Source: Callorhinchus milii (Eukaryota). From it: a stretch of DNA of 64,000 bases. Location: NCBI RefSeq assembly GCF_018977255.1, contig NW_024704743.1, forward strand, positions 46,626,001 through 46,690,000, in the 5' to 3' direction. Below, piece after piece: positions 36,717 through 49,115 of the stretch. A program made the position numbers and the translations under genes. The notes under the pieces were generated by a model. The model did no database searches and was not told where the DNA came from. It saw only the letters and a program-made list of their open reading frames with translations. The stretch's first letter is position 1. Each line of letters opens with the position of its first letter.

Positions 36717-39700
36717 ACAGGACTGAAACAGGAATCATGAGCTGAAAATTGTCTTGAACCAGGAAACTTCAGTGAATATGAAGGTGGCTTCCAGTTTGCA
36801 CAGGCGTCGAATGAATGCTTTTTATTTCCTACCTTACCTGACAAAAAAAAAGTGTTTTTATGTGCTGTGCAAATGGTTCAGTGATGTAGTCTGACAGTTT
36901 AATTTTGCTATAAAAGCTTATTTTTAAAAGAGAAAGAAAAACCCACAAAGGGGATTTGTTTTGACTTTTCATTCAGATGAACAGGTAAACTATAAATGAT
37001 TTGTATGTTCAGATAGACTTAGAACTGTAAGACTGGCAAGATTGGAAGAGGAAGGAAGCTGCAGTGTTTTTAGGAAAGTGTAATTGTCTTCCTCTGATAT
37101 TAAGCTACTTTTTTTTTCCTGTCTTTTATTAATTTGTAGGTTTTTCAGAAACGTTTAGCTAAGATTTATCTTGACTTAATTGCCTTAATTTTGAGGACGT
37201 CAGGCTCTCAAAGCCAGCTGTCGACATTGCGTTAGAAATTCTAGAGTTATCTGAAAATTATGTGCTTGGACCAAGAGGTGCAAGAGTTTGATAAAAAGCT
37301 TACTTTCTAGGGAGGTAAAATAGCTAAATAAGCTGTACAGGTTAAAAAAAAAAAAAAAATTGTTGCTTGTCTTCTTTTGCAGAAGAACGCGATTTTATTG
37401 ATAAAGAACAAGGACTATCAACAAAATCTGAAAAAAATTGCTGACACTTTTAATGAATTTTGTCTTAAAGCAGTGGAAACTGACAATTTGCAGAAGGCTG
37501 AAGCATTTTGCGATTTGAAAAAAAAATTGACTGCATTGGAGAAAATGTAGTTTATCGCTTAATGTAGATTGTTTTATTTACAAAGCATAATTGCTCGCAG
37601 CGGAATTAGTGCTTTATATTTGCAATCTTTTTTATTCGCTTAAAAAAAAAATTTTTAGTCTGCTTTGCTTGTCACCTTGCAGATGGAAAGCTGAAGAGTA
37701 AAAGGTGCGAACTAGATAGATAGGAGCTTATGGTTAAAGAAAAAAAATCAAAGCAAAAGCAATAGATTGAAGAAATTGTGGACAATTTCTGTAGTCTTTA
37801 ATTTTCATAGTTGTGGATCAAATGCAGCCTAAGGATGGCCTATTTTATACCAAAGATGAAGTGACACCCTAAAGCAGTCAAGAAGCTAGAGATTTTTTTG
37901 TTGTTTTTTAAATCTTTATTTGACCTACATGGCCGGACCAGTTCTTAATTTTGTTTCTTTAAACTTTTCTTCCACTGGTACTTCTATAACATACACACTA
38001 AGAATGTTTGTATAAAATATTGGTGGTGCACTGGTATTGGAAAAAAAATTATCCATGTACATCTGAGGGAGGATCAATTCTGTAAAATACCAACTTGTCT
38101 GTCCTGACTTTGGCCTTAACGTGTTTGTAAATGTACATTATGTGTTAACTTTGCAAAGTAATATTGTTAATTTTCAGTCTTCCTTCATACTTTATGCATC
38201 TGGATAGCCCATTTATCTACCTCAGTCTACGCCAGTGTGCTGAGCAGCTGTTATCCAGTACTTTGCAAAGCTTCATTTTTGTCCCATTGTTTTGTACCCA
38301 GCATCTCTTGTGTGCAGATTGCCTCAATAGGACATTGATGAGATGTAACAGCTTGACATCAAGTCATTGAACAGCCCAGGAATAGTGGCTGTGCGCCCTG
38401 GCTTAGATGTTTCATTAACATATCATTTAGGCGATGGTCAGGGTTATAAGTAGGAGACTTGTCCCAGTGATGTGCCACTTTTATACCACACTCTAAAATC
38501 AACCTATTTTTATCTTAAAGTTAAAAGATTGTCTTTGAGCTGTGCAGCTATATTGATAATTTAGTGCTGTTCAGCGTATTGCCACGGTGAATCATAGACT
38601 CCATATTTTGGTTTGGTCTGGTCAAGAAATGATACTATTTTAGTGACTACACAGTTTTCTCTATACCTTGGGTTCAACGTTTGAGGTATCACGTGATATC
38701 CACCAAAAACAAATAACCTATGTAAATTGTGGAGTTAAACATTTCCCATTCTAAAAGTTAACTCCTATTCGCTGTAGCTGACCCCGTCTGTCTTTTAGCA
38801 CAACAGTGAATTCTTTATTAATTTTACCGTTGAGTTCCAGTGGGATTTTACACTATGTGGATGAGTGAGGAGGAGAACAATGTCCTTCAATGGTTGTTTC
38901 TGGTTTCTAACCAGCGTTAAAATCCTGAAAGACAATCCTCTCCCTCCTGATCTGATTTTTAGAGAACTGGAAGATATTGCTGACAATCATGGGTTTCTTA
39001 GGAGACAAAAGAAAGAATCAGGAGAGAAAGTGTTGAAATTCTAGCTCAACCGATTGATGTGGTGGATCAGGGTTTTAGAACATGTTGCCCAATGAACAGG
39101 AAATAACAACAACAACAACTTGCATTTATATCATGCCCTTCACGTGGGATGGCATCTCGAAGCGCTTAACAGTGGTGAAGTTCGAGAAAAATAGGAATGG
39201 ATTTCCAGACAGTTCATCCCCTCCCTAAATACAACCGGTGAAATTCCTATGCCTGTAGTGACAACCATCACCGTATGCCAAGAGCACGATTGAATGAAAA
39301 ATTCAGGATGAAATTGCCTTTGCGGCGAAGTATAGCCACTTTGATGATGTGAACTTGTAAAGGGATTTTCCAAATTCTAAGTGTTCATCATGACTTTGCA
39401 ACACATAACAGCAAAAGGAACTTCACCCCTGTATCTTTTTGCGTCAGCCTATGCAATGTGTAATTCCATCTACATTTAAAACTCAGCCCGATCTATTCAC
39501 AATTTCTCAGATAACGTAAAATATCTGAGAAATAGTTAATTATTTGATTACTATTTGCTACCAAATTTCCAGTTTGTTTCTTGTAGGTCTCCCATGTATT
39601 GTTCTTTTGGTCAAATTTAAATAGTATTCTTTAAAATAAGAAAGATTAAATATTTGAGAAGCAAATGATACATAGTTTTGTTTTAGTAACTCCAAAATAT

Positions 39701-40130
39701 TCAGCTGATGGAAGTAATACTGAGCTTTAAGAAAGTAATGATTCATATTTGCTCCGTACACAATGCCTACAGACACAAAGTACATATCATATTCACTTAA
39801 GGACGTTTGATTATTCTTCTCGTATTTTGATGTACCACAGGTAATGAGCTTACAGGATCCACCTGTGGCATCTTTGAAATGTGGAGGTTTAAATCAATCA
39901 CCTTTTCAGAAATACACAGGTGTTGCTGTGCCCTGAAATTAATAAACAATTGTTATTTTGTGGACAAGAGGGTAGAAGTTAAAACTTTGGAAATTGGTCA
40001 TTTCTGTTCCTGAGAAAGAGGTGATGTTTTGTACCCTTACTAAGGGTGTCCCGATGAAATGGATTTAGTGCAATACATTAACTTATCTGCTTAGACAGTC
40101 CCCCTAACTGAACCCCTCTCAGGATAATAT

Positions 40131-40315
40131 AACAACTTGCATTTATATAATGCCCTTCACATAGGATAACATGTCATGGTGCTGCGCAGGGATGGTATCA
40201 CAAGCTGGGCAAGTGGGGGAGGAGGCCTGGTCGAAGCGGTAGGTTTTTAGGCAGGATTTAAAGATAGAGAGGGAGCAAGACCCAGGGGTAGAGGGAGGGA
40301 GTTGCAAAGGGTAGA
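40131..40315 (-). mobile_element. L2 3' fragment inside the inferred 3' UTR (a shorter tail lies at ~39105-39170)
   Basis: aacaacttgcatttatataatgcccttcac tail followed by a purine-rich L2 body. Confidence 0.7.
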
Positions 40316-40817
40316 CGTAGAATTGTTCGTAATAACCTCATACTTTTTCCTTCCACAAAGTCTGGGTTGCACTCACCTCGAGAAAATCACATAGAAATCA
40401 TCTTTCATGGACAGAATGTCGTTGGGTCGATGTATGTATGTCCTGGTAGGAAAACAATTCTAGACATTTCAAGCTAGTCCAATATAGGCAACACTATGAT
40501 GAAGTAAGCAGTAAGCATTGAGGATTGAATTAAGGGGTGACACTTCTGACATTAAGTTTAAGATACGCTTTTGATAAATCACTTCCCTCCATGTGAAAAC
40601 AGTAGATATCAAGGTTATTATGTGGAGTGAGGAATAGTCTGACGAGTGGCCTAGTTAAGCAGGTTTTTACTGTATCGTAATACAGTTTGAACAATTTCCT
40701 TTGCTTTCACATTGGCATTTGGCGAACCGCAAAGTGGTACTTTAGTTTGAATTTTCATTCATGGAAGTGTGATATGTAATAGTGCTGCTAACCAATCGTG
40801 AAATTTTATTTTAAAGT

Positions 40818-40872
40818 GTTTGTGTGTGCGTGTACGTGCGTGTGTGTATCTACTTGGATGTGTGTATGTGGT

Positions 40873-40906
<34 letters not shown>

Positions 40907-40930
40907 AAGAAAGAAAGAGAGAGAGAGACA
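40818..40930. repeat. (GT)n-(GA)n compound microsatellite in the 3' UTR
   Basis: Directly visible. Confidence 0.9.
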
Positions 40931-42927
40931 CTGTTGCCTTGCCTAGGCACTTCCAAGCACTTATCCCCGACTTTGTATCTAATTAGTATAGAGATATTTG
41001 TATTGGTAACACAGTAGTATCTTTGTGTTTCATCAGTGTAAAGAGAATACAAATTATGAGAAGAATGCTGGTAAGGAAATGGATCACTTAGAACAATTTG
41101 CACACAAGACATGTACATCAAATTAGCTTTATTTTTTTTGTTTGCGCTGGCAGTTCCTACAGTGTTATCAAGAGGTCATTCTCTGCTAAAAAATAGCCTC
41201 CAGTTGTCGTGTCCATGTTACATCCACAACAGGCTACATATAGCTAATTATTAACACATCTTTGGGGAGACTCCCATCCAAGTTGCCTTTTATTAGTTAA
41301 TGACCGAAGTGCCCAGCGACAGTTAGTATTTGTACCGCAGAGAACAATGTATCACTGGTACATATATGGCCGTGAGCTTGGCCTTGCCTTGTGGCTCAGA
41401 GAGCCATGTCCAGACCTCTGTGATTTAGTCCTCTTAACTACATTTCCAAAATAACTTGGCAAACTCGCCTCAGCAGAGCAACTCCCAAGAATACTCATGA
41501 TTCTTTAACAAAGGATGTGGTCAATAACCAGAATGTGAAAACTTCCACTGTTCCTATTGTGGGCGTAATATCAACACTAAATATCATGCCACGGCATCAG
41601 ATTATTGGAGGAGGTCCCAGTTTGAAATCCTCCAGGAAGGTACATTGACAAACCAGTTGATAGCTTCACTACATTAGTACGTGCAGATATTGAGGTTGCT
41701 CTGTGTATCTATTCAGATCTATGCTGCTTTGTTCAGACACAAGGTTTTCATCATTTATAACCTCACAAGATAAATGTTTTCATCTTTTTAAATTCATTCA
41801 GACAGGGGTCAGTCTAAAACGTCTATTTAACTTCCTAAGTTCAATGAACCTTCAAACAAGAATGATGAAACTCTACAGAGACTCTTATGCACAGTCCCTT
41901 GTTTGCTATGCATCTGAATTATGAGTGACATATTGATGTTTCACATGCAGCAGATATATGGCATTATTTCTCTCATCTATTGCTGTTGTTTAGATATTTG
42001 TTCTCAAATGTTGGAAAGAGCACTGGGGGAATAAGTCATTAATTGGCTGCGTCACATCACAAAAACATCGATGCATTTGATGGCTGTCTGTAAAATTTTC
42101 TTTTTGAGGGAGAGTGGGAGGGAGGGAGGGAGGAAGGGAGGAGTTTTCTACTTCAAAGTGAATGCATTTCTCAAGAAACGTGAATTTAGAAATATTGTAC
42201 TAAATTGAATTTTCAGTGTAGCGATCCAAGTCGAGAGCAGTTTGGCTGACAAATGAAATGAGGGACAAAATGGTTTGTTGAGCTGTTAGCAGTGTTTTCA
42301 GAGACATAAAACTTCTATCTGAACCACAAGGTAAAACACGACATGAGAAATGGCTTCCTCCAGAAAGCAACGAACACCGATATTCAATTTCAGTGCTGGC
42401 AGACTGAGTCAGCAAAGGTCTTGCTTTCTGTGGAGATTTAGTCAAAAGAATAAAATAAAAAGTCGATTGATCATAAAAGCACCTATGGACTGAGCAACAG
42501 ATGTCCCATCAGTATGTTTTTCTGTTGCACCTTGTCATGTGAGAAAGCTACAGAACTTAGAGAAAGTTAAATGCTGTTTCCTTCTGTCTGATCTGATTTA
42601 TTTTTCATTTGTTTCAAAACTACGAAACAGGGAAACTCTGTAACCTAGTCCTAGGCTAGGACTCTTACACCAGTCATTAAATTATGAAAGCAAATTTTAA
42701 TTTATGAAGACCTTTTTTGTACAGTTCTTTTCATTTTTAAAAAAAAACTCATAGAGATGTCTATAAGGTCAAGAAAGTTGATTTTTTTTATTTGTGTTTC
42801 AGTTGTGCCACAAACATGCCTGGCATCACTTTGTCAGGCAGTTCTTTCATTCTCTGTTTGCTCCTGGAAATTTATGTAGATCAGTGGATGTTAGGTTTAA
42901 AATTCTGTTTTCTTTGATGAAGCTTTC

Positions 42928-42990
42928 AATAAAAAAGAAACCTTTAAAAAAAAGGTAGTTTGTGTGTATTCTGTGTGTTTTGTCGTGGCT
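42928..42990 (+). terminator. Distal polyadenylation signal AATAAA with downstream GU/U-rich element
   Basis: AATAAA at 42928-42933, followed ~25 nt later by gtagtttgtgtgtattctgtgtgttttgtcgtgg. Dense retroelements resume right after. Confidence 0.65.
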
Positions 42991-43094
42991 TTGGGTTGCA
43001 TTCACACAGCAAGGAAACTGGGCATCATGTCCTTCAAGTCTGTCCAGTGTGTGTTTTTTTTAAACATTAATGGTAGCAACTATCCTATCAACAA

Positions 43095-43340
43095 AAAGAA
43101 CGACAAATTGCATTTATATAACGCCTCTTCACACTGGGTAGCGTCTCGGAGTGCTTAACAGTGGCCAAGCCTGATACCGAGTCGGGGGAGGGAGGAGATG
43201 ACCAGAAACACCTTCTTCAGTCGTAATATAAAAGAGGGGATGGAGAAGGTAAGACGGAGTGATTGGGGGTGAGTGTTCCAAAGCTTCGGGGCTTAGTGGT
43301 TGAAAGTGCAGCCACCTATGGGGGAACGGAGGGGAGAAAG
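43095..43340 (-). mobile_element. L2 3' fragment
   Basis: aaattgcatttatataacgcc tail; gttccaaagcttcggggcttag and gccacctatggggg match the L2 GGRAFS...LWN region. Confidence 0.72.
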
Positions 43341-44029
43341 CAAGTCAGAAAGGTAGGGAGGGGGTAGGGTAAAGCACCTCCTGTTAACACCTCACTCCTC
43401 CCAACAAACACTCCTCCTGTTTAACACCTCACTCCTCCTTGCTCCCCGCACCTGTTAATGTTTCTGCTCAGCAATATTTCAGTAATGTAGCAAGGCATGC
43501 CTGAAACAAGGCACATTAGGCATTTGCTCAGTTTGTAGCTTATTACTTATCCTGGGGTAAAATTAGATATTTTGCAATGTGTTAATTAACATCTAGGGAC
43601 TCATTCCAGGTGCTAACACAACACATAATAATGATCCTTGCATTTATCACGTTGTCTAGGCACCACAGAGTGCTTCACAGAAGTTTACTTAGAGTGTAGT
43701 GACCGTGTAAGTGTAGGCACATGGTGGTCAATTGAGCAACCAGGGTGCTCTCTCTGGCCCCCATTCCCCAGCACCTTTGTCACTGGTTGTGTCTGAGAAG
43801 CTGGCCTCACCACACATTGAACTCCTTATCCTTGGATTGCAACTTTGTACTGTCAAGTTGCCTCAGTTGACCTTTTTAAACCATCTCTTTCATTAGCTTT
43901 CCCCGATTTTGCATGAAGAGGTTCCACCTGACTTTGTTCCTTATCACCACCCCAACTCTTATGTCAGCCTCATCCCTTGGGTCCAGGACCACTGCTGTCC
44001 TAAAGGAATGTCGTTAGACATGAAGTCTT

Positions 44030-44300
44030 TCTCCAGTTGAGTGTCAACAAGATCGAGGCCCTCCTGATTGGCTCCCATCAGCGCCTCCACGCCTCAGGTG
44101 CTGACAGCATCACCATCCACTGATACACACTCCAGATCACTGAGCCAGTACAGAACCTTGGCATCTTGTTCAACACTCAACTATCCTTTATACCCCACAT
44201 CCTTTCTACCCATTCAGCCTTCCCCCACCTCTGCACCATTGCCTGGCTCCCCCACTGCAACTCTCCTCAGGTTGCAGAGACCTTCATCCATCCCTCGTGA
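44030..44300 (+). mobile_element. Internal L2 ORF2 fragment
   Basis: ttctccagttgagtgtcaacaagatcgaggccctcctgattggctcc aligns with 23870-24045. Confidence 0.78.
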
Positions 44301-46782
44301 TCCCAACCATATGCTCTCAAGACTGTCCACCATCTTGAGATGTCATCCTGATATGAACATAGAGCAAATAAATAAAAGTAATATTGCAGGTAATGATGGA
44401 AGATTATGATAAATGATAGAAGCTTTATATCCGTCATAACGTAAATGGTGCACTCATGACTGAGCATTTCACCATTAAGGTAACAATGTGTGTTTATATA
44501 GCGCCTTCGTAGGATGTCTTGGAACACTTAAAGATGCATCTTAAGGCATATTTAATGCACAATGAAGTGGAAAATTGCACAATACACTGTTTTAATCAAA
44601 GTGTGTTTTACTATCATTTATTAGCACACTGAAGCAAATACAAATTTACAGCAAGTGTGACAACATTAGAGTGACTGATAAAAGTATGCAATTGTTAAAT
44701 GTTACAGGGAGTTCCCATTGCACAAAACATTCTGGGGGACAATTTCACCCTGAGAGTACCCACATATATGATGTTGTAGGCTTTCTGGAATCTGGTCCAT
44801 ACAAATGTAAGTAGATAGAACTCCTTTCTTTCTGGAAAACTGGGAAGATTTGGTGCACTTTTGCAGAGCTCACCAAAGAGCTTAACTGGAGCACCAGCAT
44901 CCCATTATCATCAACCATCTTGTCAGCTGCTCCTGGGAACTGCAGAATGGGTCACAGTTTTGAGTGTAGGCTTTCCCTGAGAAAGGAAATGAAAGCACCT
45001 TGAGAAGCCTAAAGTTATTTGAATGCCTGCAGGCTGATTAATATAGGAAATAGATTGGCTTAAGTCTTGATAGCATAGCAATTCAGATGCATTAGCGTAG
45101 AGTCCCAGAAGATGTGCAGTAAAGTGATCTAATGAACTGTTGTTACAAATCACTGTCTCCTTCGCATGATCCACCTTGAATGATCCATGAAAGACATATT
45201 TATTGAGCATTGGGCATATTAGTAACTTTATGTACTAATAGCATTCGGGCTACTGATGATCTAAATCACACAACTGATGGCAGAAAGTATTCATGAGACT
45301 GTCATTGGAAGCAGTGTATCAAAACAACGACAACAACAAATTGCATTTATATAGCGCCCTTCACACGTGGTAGCATCCCGGAGTGCTGAAAAACACATTA
45401 TAGAGAGGGGAAGGTTTTAATGCCTTTTTCCTGTTGGAAACAATCCTTATGAGCAATACTTGTCACATCAAAGAAAGTTGCAGCAAGGAGGTAAAATGTC
45501 AAGGAGGCATCATTCAATGAATCTGCCCATAAAAATACCGATTGAGCACTGTAATGTAGCCCCACTGTGGTGTGTCTGCACATGGTGACAGCTTGCCTTT
45601 GGTTATTTGCATATGCATACGTAATTCAAATGATGAATGCTGTGGGAATATTGGTGAAATGTGTTAGAGGGTCTGAAATTCATCGGCGAGGGGAACCTGA
45701 ATCATATTAATTCTGACTTCTTCATTGCTAAGAAATTACAAATAACATCCTCCTACAGTTATCCCTCATTAAAAATGTTTTTTTATAGCTTCCAGTCACA
45801 GCATTATAGTCAAGCTGTCATAGTATTCCATGGAAGTAACGTGTTCACAGACGTTAAATATTTGGATCTGCATATATTTGGAGATGGAAGCTCTCAGCTC
45901 TCCATAGATCAACATTGCAGAATAGATGATGAGAGAAGGGCTTGTTATTCTGGAGTACTGTGGAATGGGAGGGAAAGGTTTAAATTAAGAAACCTTGGGC
46001 AAGAGCCAAAGTTTGTAGCACAGCCATTACCGAGGTTCAAAAGGGAAGGTATCATGATAATTGCATTGTCAAAGCACCTCAGAACGCTTCACAGGATATA
46101 CTGGAAAGTGTGTATTTGTAAGCAAATGTGACAGCCAATTTGCACACAGCAATGTCCCACAAATGAAGTGAACAACCAATTTTATACGGAAGATTGTTGG
46201 CCTGGACACCAGGAAAAAAAATATTTTCCAATAGAGCCATAAGATCCTTAACCAAACAGAATTAAATGGACCTCAGTTTAACATCTCATTGTAAGGATGG
46301 CATGCAACGCTCCTAGTTAGACAAAATAAATGATGTACAACACCAACAAATTGCATTTATATATCACCCTTCACCAGTATAGCAACACTGCACAGTGGTG
46401 TGACTACACGCCAAGCAAGGGAGGAGGGTGAAGTGACCATAGACGTAGTCACAGGAACAGGAGGAGGCTATTCAAGACATCAAGCCTGTTCTACTCAAAT
46501 CACTAAATGGGAGGGGTTCTCAAGATGGTAAGTTGGTAATACTTGGTAAGCATGGAGCTCCAGCTTTGGATTCCTTCCTTCCCACCATCTCCCGCAGGAA
46601 AGCTGAGGAGAAGCTGATTTTTAAATTGAGAAACTTGGGTTTAAGGCTCAGAGCCATAGTGTAGTACATCATTAAGAATGAAAACACAAGGGCGCACATT
46701 ACTGTTGATTCGTAATCTTGCCAGCCTTGTGGCTCCATTATATACACAAGGTAGGTAACCATTAACCAATGGAATTATAAAA

Positions 46783-47250
46783 ATCATTGCATTTGAAATG
46801 CTGCCTATAACATCAAAAAGCACTTCATGGGTAAGTGCTGTAAAGTCACTGTTTTTGTTGGTAAATTTGGGAGCCTATTTGTGTACAGCAATGTCCCACA
46901 AACAATCATGAAGTGAATCACCAATTTATCTTGGGTATTATTGCCCAGAATACTGGGAGTAACTCCTTTCTCCTTTTAATTAGTATGGGATCTTTAACAT
47001 TCGCCTGAACAGGCAGACATCAGATTAACATTTCATTCATAGGATAACACATGTGACACTGCAACATTCCCCCAGCACTGTGCTGGAATGTCAGCCAAGA
47101 CCAGAAGCTTAAAGTTCTGATGTATCAAAAATTGACAAATCAAGAAGTTGGGTTAAAAAGCCAAAACGAGGAGCTCAAAGTCCCAATTTGAGGCTTAAAC
47201 CCACAACCTTCTCCCTCCAAGGTGAGAGTCTTACTGAACTGGACTGACAC
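46783..47250 (-). mobile_element. Deu-type SINE, near full length (another fragment at ~46056-46300)
   Basis: cagcaatgtcccacaaac...gggatctttaacattcgcctgaacaggcaga...aacccacaaccttctc. Confidence 0.78.
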
Positions 47251-47344
47251 CTCATTTCTTAGTTACAAAAGAAAATTAGTTAAGTGGGTTTAAAATCATG
47301 TAGTTTGCGGGGGAAGAAGTCTACAGTTTGTTCACACATATCAT

Positions 47345-48034
47345 GGAGTCCTGTAGCTCAGTTGTTAAAGCCCTTGCCTCACAGGCGAGAGACCTGGGTT
47401 CAATTATAATAATAATAATAATCCTTGCATTTGATATAGCGCTTTTCACATCTTCTAAACGTCTCAAAGCACTTCACAGAATGTACTGTAAAGTGAATTG
47501 ACTGTATATTTGTGGGCGAACGCAGCAGCCAATTGCGCACAGCAATGTCCCACAAACAGTCGTGGATTGAAAATGACCAATTTATTATTGTTTTTGGTTT
47601 TGGAGGGATTATTATTAGGCTCTGTGTGGAGTAAGGAAACTTGCCCAAGGTTTCGCCCTCTGCCTGGAATTGAATTCAGGTCTCTCGCTTGCAAAGCGAG
47701 TGCTCTAACCACTGAGCTACAGGACTCCCCGACAGGGCGGAATGTTGGGTAAGTTTCCTTACTCCACACACCTCTGTTTACTCTGCAGTAAGTAGGAACC
47801 CAGTTCTTAGTCAACTGGCTGATCATTTTTCAGGGGGTAATAATTCCTTCAAAAAATAATAATAATAAATTGGTCACTTCAGTCCACGACTGTTTGTGAA
47901 CACTGCTGTGTGCAATTGGCTGCCGCGTTTCGTTCACAAAATATGCAGTCAATTCACTTTACAGTATATTCTGTATAGTGCCTAGAGACGTCTTGAAGAT
48001 TTAATAGGGCACTATGTCAAATGCAAGGATTATT
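47345..48034 (+). mobile_element. Young SINE (+) split at its B box by an antisense copy of the same family
   Basis: Head 47345-47405 ends gggttcaatt; the host resumes at ~47729 (ccgacagggcg...) and runs to the tail atgcaaggattatt. Confidence 0.92.
47406..47728 (-). mobile_element. Young SINE, short variant, nested
   Basis: Complete on the minus strand from ggagtcctgtagctcagtggttagagcactcgctttgcaagcgag to (ATT)n. Confidence 0.93.
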
Positions 48035-48849
48035 CTTCCTTATACTGGAATTTGGTAAGCAGGGTGTGGCCCTCTTATTGTGATGGGTTTCCTCATGTGC
48101 CAGATATTCGGCTGACCAACAACAAAGCTGGATATCTTCTTTTGGTTTTGACTAAAAGTTGCCAGTTCTTACAGAGCTAAACATGTTTTCAGCAATCACT
48201 CAGGGAACTGGACTAAAGTAATCTCTTATAAGGATGGCCTCTGAGTAAGGGTTCGTTGGTGTGTGTAGAATTTCTTAATGCATAAATGTGTAGAAAAATA
48301 CAGTACACAAACAAACCCATAAGCTCTTGGTAGTTCTAATAAATGCACTGAATTTACTGCACTAATTAATTTTGTTAACGTATGCTAACATTAAATACAT
48401 GTAATATTACAAGGAGTCTAATAGGAGTCTACATGCGGGCCTGCGGAAATCGGTAATGCATTACTGGTAAGTACACTTAAATTCACTTAGAACTGGCCAC
48501 TGAAAAGGTTGTCTGTACACTGACAGGGCTAAAAACAATGGTGGCCACTGGTCGTGGTTGCTGAATAAAGTTGGTTTATTGTGGAAATTGGTCGGTACTG
48601 TTCCAGGATGGTTGTTGACAGCAGGTGATTGCTGAATCCATAATGGAGTTGGTTGCTTTATATGCATTTATATGTAACTACTGCTGTCTTAGATCATAGT
48701 AATATTTTTATATCAAGTCACTAAGCAAAATATGTAAAGAACATGCACTGAAATGCCTGTCAAAAATTATAAAATACTCTGTCAAAAGAATGAACTGAAA
48801 CTCTATTTTGAAGTACTATCCTTGTTGTTTACCAGCTGTTTATCATTAT

Positions 48850-49115
48850 TCCTGTCCAGCTGTTCAAGTGGACATTAAAGATTCCATGGCAGTATTTGAA
48901 AAGACAAGGGAATTTCTCTCAATCTCCTAACTAACAAATTGCCTAAATAAGATTTGTCATTCACCTACTGTTTGTGGCACTTTGCTGTGTGCAAATTGGC
49001 AGCTGATTTCACCTCCAAAATACACTGTCACTGCACTTTACAGTAAATTCTGCGAAGGGCTTTAAGACATTCTCCCCACGTGAAAGGCGCTATATCAAAT
49101 GTAAAGATAATTATT
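48850..49115 (+). mobile_element. Deu-type SINE 3' part
   Basis: ctgttcaagtggacattaaagattccatggcagtatttgaa...gctgtgtgcaaattggc...cgtgaaaggcgctatatcaaatg. Confidence 0.8.

Larger units (their letters stand above)
36717..42955 (+). other. RBMS3: Long RBMS3 3' UTR (~6.2 kb, inferred)
   Basis: Repeat-poor sequence rich in A and T homopolymer tracts runs from the stop codon to a canonical poly(A) signal. The 3' end is inferred from signals only. Confidence 0.65.

Noticed and set aside
44900..46131. ORFs of 95 and 156 aa as a hAT/BED transposase relic or gene
   Set aside because: Resemblance is too faint (no intact Cys/His pattern), and the 156-aa ORF runs into a SINE tail.
47655..47728. tRNA-Ala gene
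   Set aside because: Continuous with a SINE body and repeated in many diverged copies; no oligo-T terminator after the acceptor stem.
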